Assembly: GCA_964106915.2 (NCBI GenBank)
Contig: OZ066929.1
Length of the DNA stretch: 64,000 bases
Origin: Podarcis gaigeae
Taxonomy: Eukaryota
Strand: one strand, 5' to 3'
Below, one piece after another: positions 12,234 to 22,300 of this stretch (the stretch's first letter is position 1; the number at the start of each line of letters is the position of its first letter). The notes under the pieces are model-generated. The model did no database searches. It saw nothing but the letters and a program-made list of their open reading frames with translations, and was not told the DNA's origin. The translations under genes were made by a program, and so were the position numbers.

Positions 12234-13037
12234 GTTTTGGGCGCGCCAGTTGAGCACTTCACAATTAATCAATATTATTTTCTCTCCTCTTCCTTTATTT
12301 GTGGTTGGTAGCTGTGCAGGAGTAAAGGGCATCAGGACCAGCATGACATTCCTGTTGAAGGGGAAAGAGGGAGGGTTTGACTTTCATTTGCTCATGAAAT
12401 TCAAATACGGGTTATAAGGCTGTGAGGTACAGGGACGGAAAAAACCATTCCTCATCTAATATTCTGACATGAAACATGAAAAGTTTTATGTGGTCAAGCC
12501 AGCACAGGCTGATATTGACTGTTATCTACCAAGAATGTGAAGAGAGCAGGCATTCTATGCCTCCGGAAATGTGTGTTGCACAGTCTTAGCCTGTACTGAA
12601 AATATGTGCAATTTTATTTTGTGCTAAAAAGAGAGAGGGAGTGTTCATCAAGCCCCCAGTGGGCTCTACCCTAACTCCCACCCACCCCCCCAAAAAAACC
12701 TGGTTGCTCTTTAATCTTGTGTATGCCACTCTTTCTAGACCATATGAGAAAATAAAGGTATTTTATTAAACTATGTCAGATTGTGCAGTTAACTATCTGG
12801 ATATATGGATTTGTGTTTTCTCTTAACGTGTGTGGCTGACCCAAGACTCACGGGCATCCAAGGCAGAAAATCCAGATAGCATTCGTCTATGTCAGTAACC
12901 AACGGCCCACAAGTCGTGTTGTTATTTCTTATCTGTGGGGATTGCATAATGATTGGCCCTATTGAACTCCCACTGCTTTCTAAGAAGACAAATAAATTTT
13001 GTTTTCTGAAAGCTTCTATGAATTTTGTTTTCTGAAG

Positions 13038-13141
13038 GCAGCCCTGTATAGGGAAGTTTTAAATGTTTGATGTCTTACTGTGTTTTTATATTTTGTTGGA
13101 AGCCACCAAGAGTGGCTGGGGCAACCCAATCAGATGGGCAG
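13038..13141 (+). mobile_element. L2-like LINE 3' tail
   Basis: ggaagttttaaatgtttgatgt...ttggaagccaccaagagtggctggggcaacccaatcagatgggc, followed by a microsatellite. Confidence 0.6.
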
Positions 13142-13142
13142 G

Positions 13143-13189
<47 letters not shown>
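13142..13189. repeat. (GTT)n microsatellite
   Basis: 16 GTT units; source of the poly-Cys ORF. Confidence 0.95.
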
Positions 13190-14353
13190 ATCATTATTAT
13201 TTTCTAGTCTGTTCCCTCTGTCTTAATAATAAAATAGTCAATCCTTATTGTAAAATAATTCTAAACATGATAAAATTATACTTGTTGAGTACGTCTTAAT
13301 TAGTGTAAACGTCTTCTTAACCTTGTTTATATCCCAGGATGAGATGCAATAGTAATATCACTAGCAAAATAGATAATTTAATAAATAATATAAAAATGTA
13401 TTCTAAGCTGTTCTTTATTTCAGATTTTTGAGGGGGGGGCGGGCTTTCACTGTTAGATGTAACTAACTTCTCTTACCTGCCACCACCTTCAGATATTACA
13501 GTCTTGCATTCAGTTCTTTCATTTAGTGCAGATTTGCTGCCAATTCCAGGAATTGGATGTGGGATTGTGTGTAAATCAAAATGGATAAAGCGGCGCTCAA
13601 TTGGCTGCCTTGAGCTGATAGCGTTCTGGTTAGATTGTTTCTTGCTCCGCATGTGCCGTTGTTGAAGGCAATGGACTTTGTAACTACGCACTTGGGCTCT
13701 TGTTCCTACAGGGTCTTTCCAAAGGATTTCTGAGCTGCCTCCCTGAGTGCAAAATGCCTTTAATCCCTCGGAGTGTTTGTGTTTGGGGATTTACGAGATT
13801 CATCGGCACGAGCAGAAGTCTCCGCTTTGTTCCAACAAAAGGCAGCGGCCTGGCATTTCTTCCCTTAAGCTTTTCCTAGCACAAATGCACCCATCGGAGC
13901 CTCGGCGTATTAATATGCCACGGCACAAAGTATTGTCAGCCCATAAAATATGATACATGATAAAATGTATCAATTCTGAGCGCCACAAATCTGCCGTTTC
14001 ACCTCAGCATGAAGGCAAATGAGTTTCCTTTAGCTCGAGTGAGTTCAGAGATAAACTTCAATTTAACAAAATTTCATTTTGCAAGAACCAGTGGGGCTGC
14101 TGCCCTTGGTGTGCGGATTCCTTATCAGTGCGTTAGGCTTTGGAGGCTATTAGTCAACTTAATTTGGGGAAATGCCAGGATAATTTGCTGATTAGATGGG
14201 TGCAGTGGAGAGGGGCAGGAGGGTGAGGCTGTGTCAGTACAAAGTTTTTGTTTCACGATCTGTTTAAATGCGCGCAGTTGCTTGATATCATTCGTATGTT
14301 GTTTTGTACGCAGGCGTATAAATTGATGTTTGTATTGTGTGTTTGATGTGCAG

Positions 14354-14453
14354 ATAAGCCTGAAGTGCAAGTCCTGCAGAACTCCCCTGCGCAGCCTCTA
14401 ACAAGAGAAGGAGACCTCCTCAACCTTCTGTGCCAAGTGAAGGGCAAACCAGA
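14354..14453 (+). CDS. CADM1: CADM1 coding exon 6, start of Ig3 domain
   Basis: Acceptor gatgtgcAG|AT, donor CAGA|GTaagt, 100 nt, phase 1-2. (Y)KPEVQVLQNSPAQPLTREGDLLNLLCQVKGKP(E) resembles CADM1 YKPQV...LTREGD...C...GKPQ. Confidence 0.94.
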
Positions 14454-14526
14454 GTAAGTGGAGGACCTGAGACTCCGTCAGAACGTGCCCATCCACGTTA
14501 CTGGGCTGTTTGAATAGAGTGCTTGC

Positions 14527-14765
14527 CTAGTGGTTAAGAGCGGTGGACTTGTAATCTGGTGAACCGGGTTCGCGTCTCCGCTCCTCCACATGCAGCTGCT
14601 GGGTGACCTTGGGCTAGTCACACTTCTTTGAAGTCTCTCAGCCTCACTCACCTCACAGAGTGTTTGTTGTGGGGGAGGAAGGGAAGGGAGAATGTTAGCC
14701 GCTTTGAGACTCCTGAAGGGGAGTGATAAAGCGGGATATCAAATCCAAACTCTTCTTCTTCTTCT
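14527..14765 (+). mobile_element. tRNA-derived SINE (Squam3-like) with (CTT)n tail
   Basis: tagtggttaagagcggtggact...ccgggttcgcgtctcc head, gggtgaccttgggctagtcac core, tail aaatccaaactcttcttcttcttct. Many CpGs intact. Confidence 0.85.
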
Positions 14766-14867
14766 CCTGGTCTTTTTCTTGAGCATGTTCAGCACCCGGT
14801 CCTGTTCTCCTGCGTTGGTATGACGTTGCACGTCTAAAGCACAAGGCCACGAGAAAGCACCTGCAAC

Positions 14868-15025
14868 CATGGTGGGGAACCTGGGGTGGTGGGAACCTGT
14901 GGCTCTCTAAGTATTGTCTGACTCTCTCCCAACTCCCATCAGCCCCAGCCCATGTGTCCAGTGGTCAGTGGTGATGCGAGCTGGCATCCAGCCACACCCA
15001 GAGGGCTGCAGATTCCCCACCCTTG
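14868..15025. mobile_element. Palindromic hAT-like MITE
   Basis: gggaacctgtggc...caactcccatcagccccagcc...gagggctgcagattccccacccttg. Confidence 0.65.
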
Positions 15026-15993
15026 GTCCACTTCCACTCTTCGACTAGCAGATAAGTTTGTGTGGCTGCAGAAACTTGGAAGTGCCCAAAGGAAACATTG
15101 GAGTCAGACTGCAGATAAAATGCTAAGGAAAGTTATCTATTTGAAAATGCTAGGGGTGAGATTCAAGAAAATATAGGTCTCCCCCCACCAATACAAAATA
15201 CGAAGGGCTTTGCCCTTACATTTTCCCTCTCCTCTGATTTTGTTTTCCACGGTGAACACAGCTTAGATTTTAAGTTGACCTTCCCCTCCAGTATTTTCCT
15301 TCTTTGCTCCTGAGCCTGCCCTTTTTTCAGTGTCTGTTTTAAAGCGTGAACCTTAACAGAGACATCTCTGATCAATATGCTCCTGTTTTGAAATTTTTAG
15401 CTACAGAAGACTGATCCTTTCCTCTCACCCCAGGCTCAGTCACTTTTTATCCATCATCTTTTACTATGAATTCAGATCTAGGGCTGAAATCCTAATGTCT
15501 GCTTACGTGAAAGTAACTCCCCTTGAACTTAGTAGAGCTGACTTCCAAGTAAATGCATAGGATTGAACTGTGCGCTGCTTTCCCTGAGCTTTTCTTTTTT
15601 CTGTTTCACTGTTGTATCTCGCAGAGCCCTTTTATTCCTGCGTGTGGTATATTATCCTTCACTTGGTATGTGTAAAGCTTTGCATATTGTGGCTTTAAAC
15701 TTGTTTTTCCAAATCCTGTGTGAGAAGAGGAAGAGAGAGGGGATGATTGCTCACTTGGAAATTATGTCTCTGGTGTTCTTTGCAATTCAGAAAGCCAAAG
15801 GAAACCGAGGGCATTTGGGGCTGATTTACCTTAGTTATGCCTCTCTCCAACAAATGTTTTGCATTGCTTCCAGAAGATGCTAAGACTTTGATGGAAAAGA
15901 ATTTCAGAGCTGAGAAATAATACCCAAGCATCCACCTGTGTGTGCCCCCACAAAGAAAAGGCTGGGCCTCCCTGCTTTTCCAATTGCATATTG

Positions 15994-16020
<27 letters not shown>
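15994..16020. repeat. (TC)n microsatellite
   Basis: ~13 TC units. Confidence 0.9.
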
Positions 16021-16025
<5 letters not shown>

Positions 16026-16174
16026 CCTGCCCATTAAAGTTGGATATTTGTTACTGAACTCAACTATATCACAGGAAGAAAGAAATGCTACTTATGACAT
16101 TGACTTAACATGCAAGTAAAAGGGTTAGTAATGCATTTGGGGTTATTGTTTTGTTTTGTCTTCTCCCTGCTTAG

Positions 16175-16347
16175 GCCTACAGATGTGTCATGGTTAAGAG
16201 TAGACGACGAGATGCCTCAACACGTTATAGTGTCAGGTTCAAACCTCCACATTAACAGCCTAAACAAAAGCGATAACGGCACATACCGCTGCAAGGCTTC
16301 CAATGAAGTGGGGATGTCCTTTTCCGATTACACACTTTATGTATACG
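16175..16347 (+). CDS. CADM1: CADM1 coding exon 7, rest of Ig3 domain
   Basis: Acceptor ttctccctgcttAG|G, donor TACG|GTacgt, 173 nt, phase 2-1. [57 protein letters not shown] carries the Ig DxGxYxC motif and NKS/NGT sequons. Confidence 0.97.
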
Positions 16348-18012
16348 GTACGTGAGACAACCACACCCTTCTTCCAGATGTCTTTATGCTGAATTGCTGG
16401 CAAATATTCTGGGCGGGGGTTGTGGGAAGGGGGTGGAATAAGAAAGCAGTTTGATGGAGAAAGCAGCCTCTGATAACTGTTCAAACTTGGCATGTTAAGT
16501 GAGTGGGTTGTTTAAAGCACACACAGAAAACCCAAAACCAAGCCTATTTACTTCTGTCTTCTTTCCCCCATCTGATTCAGACTGTGTTTTCTTCCCATGT
16601 CAAGTAAGAAACTACTGCCTGCACTGTCATTAAGTGCTGGCTTGGAGAAGGGGAGTTGCCAGATGCAATGAGGGGCAGGGCAATAAACATCTTGGAGTCA
16701 TCCTGTCTCATTTCACAATCCAGGACAGCTTCAGCCATATTCCCATTTGTATTCCAGTGAAGTCTTTTCGGAAGCATCTGAAAAAATGAGCCCGGGAGTT
16801 TTTATTTTTTTTTATTTTAAGCCAGGCCTTCTTTAGCAAGTTAAATAACTGAAGATGTGTGCAGATAATGTAACCCAGCACACAATCTGCAAAGGCAAGT
16901 CTCATTCTGCCTGTCTTCACCTGCCAAAGAGGCACTAAAACATTTGATAAGGCATTTTCTTAAAAGTGCCGTTTATGTACCTGCTTTAATTCTGTTTTCC
17001 TGGGTTTCTTTTTACCATTCCTTAAAATGTTGTGCCATAAATAGCAGTAATCTTAGCCTGCGAAAAGAAAAATTAAATAATTTCCCACTCCGGAGCTACC
17101 TTTCAGAATACGGTCCTTTCAGCCTTGGGAAGACTGGTGTGTTCTGTGTGACATGAACACATTGCTGCTCTGTAGGCTGTGGTGCAGGCAGCGTGGACAG
17201 ATAAATCAAGGCGTTTAATAATGAGAGCCAGTTTTTTCAGATCATTGTGTTCCTGAATCCCCTCGGATCCAGAAGACTCTTTCTAGGAAAACTTTAGGGG
17301 GTGATTGTTGGCTGCAGTCCCATTCCATGAAATGTCACTTCACATGTGTAGGGCATTCAATTTATATAGCAGGCTCTGTCGTAAATGTTGCAGCTTCAGA
17401 ATCTTTAATGGGTAAGTTGCCTTCAGTCATTCCTTTCCCATACATCCTCTCTAACCTCCCCGCAGCCCCCCGGCCTCCAAGTCTGCCCTCTCCAGCAGCT
17501 TAGCGTTGCTCTGCATATTGATGCTTGCGATGCAGCAGCTCAGTCTGGGCTTCTGACCCTGTGCACTGTTCCAAGTTGTTATAATCTGCCAACCGTCATG
17601 GGCTTCCATCCTTGACATTAGTTTGCAAGTGCAGAGTTGGAGCGGAGCAGTAGATTTGTTTGCTCGGGGCACAAAGCATGAAACCCACCAATTGCAATCT
17701 TCACCCAGGGAGAGGCATTGTGTACTTGTATAGAGCAGCTAACTGTGTAGTTTATTCTTCCCCTGCCCATCCATCAAAATTATGTGTAGGTAGGAACCTT
17801 TTAATGGTGTAGAGTAGGAGAGTGCCCTCCTGATGATGTTACCTTTGTGTGGTTGCTCCAGAGAAGGTGTTTTGACTTCCTTGTGTGATTATATAGGCCA
17901 TAGCTGCCCCTAAGTCTAGTGTAAGAGAAGTGAAACTTGTGTGAATGGAAGTTAATTGGGCTGGAAAGATTAGGAGGACAGTGCATATCAGATGATGTGT
18001 ACAAGTCTTAGG

Positions 18013-18160
18013 GAGGACGAGATGGTTGGACAGTGTTCTCAAAGCCACAAACATGAGTCTGACCAAACTGCGGGAGGCAGTGGAAGACAGGAGTGCCTGG
18101 TGTGCTCTGATCCATGGGGTCACAAAGAGTTGGCCACGACTAAATGACTAAACTACAAAA
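18013..18160 (+). mobile_element. BovB/RTE LINE 3' end with perfect 12-bp TSD
   Basis: gagatggttggacagtgttctc...ctgcgggaggcagtggaagacaggagtgcctgg...catggggtcacaaagagt...cacgactaaa. TSD acaagtcttagg at 18001-18012 and 18161-18172. Confidence 0.88.
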
Positions 18161-19482
18161 ACAAGTCTTAGGAAATATTGGTGGGGGAAAACTTTTTAAA
18201 GTTAGGATTTAGAAAAGTAACATTTCCAAACAATCTAATCCTTCCTACAGAACAGCTTCTCATGGGTGAGTTGAACAGACGGTTGTCCTTGCCATCGTTA
18301 CACTGAAAAATGTTTAAATAGTAGGATTATCACTGAAAACAACCAAATGCTTTCAAAGAGAACAGGAGAGATAAAATTAATAATGGAATAAAGCCCATAT
18401 CCCTCAAATTCAAATGCACCATTCCACATAAGTGCCACCATGTCCTCTTGCCTTGTATCTGAAAAACATTGGACTGATACTTTCTCCCCTCAACCAAAAA
18501 CCAAGGCTTTCAATCAAAACTGAAATATGTTACCGCCTGTACCCATTTTCAGTGGGAACACCTCGGGGGAGACTGACATGCCTGCCAAATCTTGCAAGTT
18601 TAGTTGATGAAAAAAGTGGTGAAGCTAAAAATTGAGAAGGCTCAGGAGACAACACTACGACCCCACGTTGGTCACCAGATCACTCAAAACCTGTTAGGTG
18701 TTTGCTATTGCTAATCAGTTTTTCTGTTGCATGAGCCAGTTAGAAGACCATGGATCTGAAGATGTTGTACCCTGGAAATGCATCAAATCAAAGTCTCTTT
18801 CAGTACCTGCCTAATACAGTCAAATGCGCTGGCAGTGGAAGCTGGATATCTGTACTGTGTACAGTGTACTATGCATTCTTTTTCTGACCCCGGGGGGGGG
18901 GTGTTACCTGGAATTGTCCTCTCCTGTGGAAAGTTACAGCAGAGGTCAGCTTTGCTGACATCATCTGAGGGAAGGAGCAGCCCTCATTTTCTTGATGATC
19001 TCCTGACCTGAATTGTGTATCAGTCTTGGCTAAGTTCCTGGTCTCAGGCTGAGGCCCATCAAACCTCTGCTTAAAAATTAACATGCAAATATATTTAAGC
19101 AACAAAGGATCTAAGAAATTATCAGCAGCAGAGCCAACCTTCGGCACCAAACTTGCAAAGCCCAGCTAACAGCTACTCCTCTGATGGCATCTTATGTTGG
19201 CATCTGATTGAATATGGGAGAATGCCGTCTATAAACACTCAGCAGACAAAACTGGTTTCCGGCTTCTTTGCCTGCTTGGAATCACCCATTTCAACACAGT
19301 CTGGCAGCAGGAAAAATAGGTAGTAAACACATTGTCCCTAGTCAAACATGACTCTGTTTGTAGAGTAGCCCCTGCCATGTACAGCTGAGTGGGAGACACA
19401 GAATCTTATGTACCAGGCACAATCAACCAATGGATTATTCTGCATCTACTTCAGTTGAATAAGTAGGATCTGCAGGTAGCAC

Positions 19483-19598
19483 TCATAGAATCATAGAATT
19501 GGAAGGGACCCAGGGGTCATCCAGTCCAGCCCTCTGCAATGCAGGCATCTCAGCTCAAGCATCCATGGTCATCTAACCTTTGCTTAAAAACCTCCAAG
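19483..19598 (-). mobile_element. CR1 LINE 3' end
   Basis: tcatagaatcatagaattggaagggaccc...tccagtccagccc is the reverse of the (ATTCTATG)n CR1 terminus. Confidence 0.75.
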
Positions 19599-20485
19599 TA
19601 ACCCCAGCCCAAGTAAAGTTTGTGTGAAAGGGAACTGCATGTTTCGTAAATGTGTTAGCAACAGGATTGTGGAGGCCCCTGGCATGTCACTGTACATAAG
19701 TATAAATTCCTTGATGACATTTTGAAGCAGATTTATGGGGGAAGGGGGAGAGAGATCTCCCTCAAAATGGCACCTCTGTGACGAGAGATAGCCTGTCTCT
19801 GAGTATCAGGCCCTGGACACAGAGATTGGGCATCACCCTCAGCATCTGACTTGCACCCACAAAAATAACTAGATAAAAATAAATTGTACTGGCCTGCTAG
19901 GAGGCTACGTACCTTATGTTTTTCATCCTGGCAACAGGAGAGGAAGCTTAAGCATGCAGCTTCTATTAAGCTTAGCATACTAGTTTTAAAATGCCTTTTA
20001 CTGGCAGACAAGGCTTGGGGCGGACCTTTCTACCCCTCTGCTGGCCTGCTGTGTTCCTGTGCTTCTTTCAAAGGAGATAGCTCAGAAACCAAGTGGTCTG
20101 GTAGAGGATCCTTCCTTTCTCTGCCAGCTAGCTCACTCTCCTGTGTGTAATCCCTGGCCACATTTGGCTTTCAGCGAAATAGTTAAATACTTGACTGGCC
20201 TAGATGAACCTCCAGGCTGATCAAGCAAGGCGATTCTTATCAAGTGTCAGATGTTGCAGGCAAAGTTTTTGTGTCAGTTCCCCTACTTATCTTCCAAGTT
20301 TTCCAACCTGAACATGCATTGGGGGACCCATTTCTTTTTCTGTTTTATCATGTGTGCACTGGTGGTGGTGCTACTGTTGCCGCTCATCTCAGATCAGGCT
20401 GCGACTCAGGAGCAGGTACTAACCTACCAGATGAAGACCAGTGCCATAGGGAGCACCCAACCCTTCTGCTTCCTGATTCCTAGAC

Positions 20486-20734
20486 CAGGCGTCAGCAAAC
20501 TTTTTCAGCAGGGGGCCAGTGCACTGTCCCTCAGACCTTATGGGGAGTTGGACTATATTTTGGGGGGGAAATGAATGAATTCCTATGCCCCACAAATAAC
20601 CCAGAGATGCATTTTAAATAAAAGGACACATTCTACTCATGTAAAAACATGTGATTCACGGATCGTTCGTGGGCCGGATTTAGAAGGCGATTGGGCCAGA
20701 TCTGGCCCCCCGGGTCTTAGTTTGCCTACCCATG
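20486..20734. mobile_element. hAT (Charlie-like) non-autonomous DNA transposon
   Basis: Ends caggcgtcagcaaac / gtttgcctacccatg, internal gggccgga...tggcccc motifs, TSD-like tcctagac / tc-tagac (NTCTAGAN-type target). Confidence 0.8.
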
Positions 20735-22234
20735 TCTAGACCATCAGCTCCTTTAATTTCACCACTTAAGTGAGCTCTGAATTGATTGCCTGAAGGTTTT
20801 CCCAAACGGAGGCCTTGACCCCTTGGTATTGCAGTTGCTCCAGACATCTTGGTGGTTGCAAACATTCTCTCACTCAGTGACGCCGCACCCAAGTGATGTT
20901 TCCTATCTCCTGAGGAAGTTGTGCCAAACACAATAAAGGTGAAGCACATAATTAAAGTTTGGATGTATTAATTAGAAAATCTGAGAGCTCACTCGGAGAT
21001 GAAAGAGTAGCAGATGTGTCAATGATGAGAAGTTTGACATGCTCGAGATAAAATTTAAAATCAAAAGCCTCCGAACTGTTTCATGCTCCATTATTGTGGA
21101 TTCATTCCTGAGTTCAAAGTCTGGTGCTCTACTTAACACATTCAGTTTGATCATTTGGGCACAGATATGTGGTGGGTTCCCCCCCCCCCTTTTTCTTCCC
21201 TCCACCCAGTAACTTTTTATGAAGTCGTGATGCTGTCTCTTCTGGATAAATATTTGATGCTTCTTGAGATTGTTTGCTGTTGGCTTTTGCAGGTCAAGCG
21301 TCTTCTATACATGGTGCTCCCCCACCTACCTCTTTTTTTTTTTTTTAATGGCGGAGGGAGAAATCCCCTTCATCTTTATCTGTTGGGACCATTAAGGGAT
21401 GTGATATATTAAACAGGAGGAAAATCTGTGAGCCCAGACAGAGCATTAATATTTATAAGTCACAAAGACATTGACTTTATTTTAAAAGAAATCTCACTAA
21501 AATCTTCCATGCATCCAACTTGATATTTAGTCGTGACATTCTCGTTCCCTTTTGTATTTATTACTGGCTTAGAAGTAGTTTTATATCCTGCTGGGATGTA
21601 TTGATGGAGGGAGAATAATGAAGTTAACTGCTCTGGAGAAAGGCAGAGGGAAAGACGTACTCATCTGCTGTTGATATTTAGTCTGTTAAGCGCAGCAGGG
21701 TCTCTCTCGCCTGCCCCACTCCTAGCCCCTAATTTTTAGATTATTATTTTTTTAAGACAGAATAAAGACAAAGCATTATTTTTCTTAATACATTGCAAAC
21801 CGTCCTCTTAGCCATAGAAAACATGCAACTTTTTTACTTGCTTTGTGTTGTTGTTTTTCATTTGTATTGGTTTTCCCCCCACAGGCTTTTCCCATACCAT
21901 GTCACTCACGTATCAATGACTAATTTTGTGTTGTGTGTTGCTTCTCCCCACCCCACTGCCACCAATTTGTCCTAATGTTTGAGGGCAGGGAAATGTGTTG
22001 CTTTGCTTCAGTCATCCTAATCCAGAGCTTCTCCACCAAATGAATGGAGTCCCATCCTCACAATTTAGCCTGCCCTCTTCTCCTGATACTTAAGACCTAC
22101 TTCATAAGGGTGGGCAAGAGGGTATAACCGCCATCCTTTATTTTGCTTCTTTGTTAATTTATTGACCAGTTTTATGTTCTGCTCATATTTTTTAATTTGC
22201 TTTTTTTCTGTTTCCCTTTTTATGTTTTATCTAG

Positions 22235-22300
22235 ATCCCCCCACAACTCTCCCTCCACCCACAACAACCACAACCACTACCATCCCTGCCACCACCACAG
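22235..22300 (+). CDS. CADM1: CADM1 alternative exon 8, Thr/Pro-rich mucin-like stalk
   Basis: Long T tract then ctAG|AT, donor ACAG|GTacgg, 66 nt, phase 1-1. (D)PPTTLPPPTTTTTTTIPATTT. Not in the ORF track. Confidence 0.93.

Noticed and set aside
12995-13036. Direct repeat aattttgttttctgaa x2
   Set aside because: Small local duplication beside an L2 junction; no evidence of function.
13063-13299. Poly-Cys ORF, and similar poly-Leu, poly-Ser/Tyr and HT/CV-repeat ORFs
   Set aside because: Translations of microsatellites.
14527-14590. tRNA gene
   Set aside because: The tRNA-like boxes are SINE heads (also at 9420, 35702, 41277) that continue into SINE bodies; no complete cloverleaf.
14788-14805. 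REST/NRSF site (TTCAGCACC)
   Set aside because: Only the left half-site matches, with no GGACAG right half; same at 24174 and 42270.
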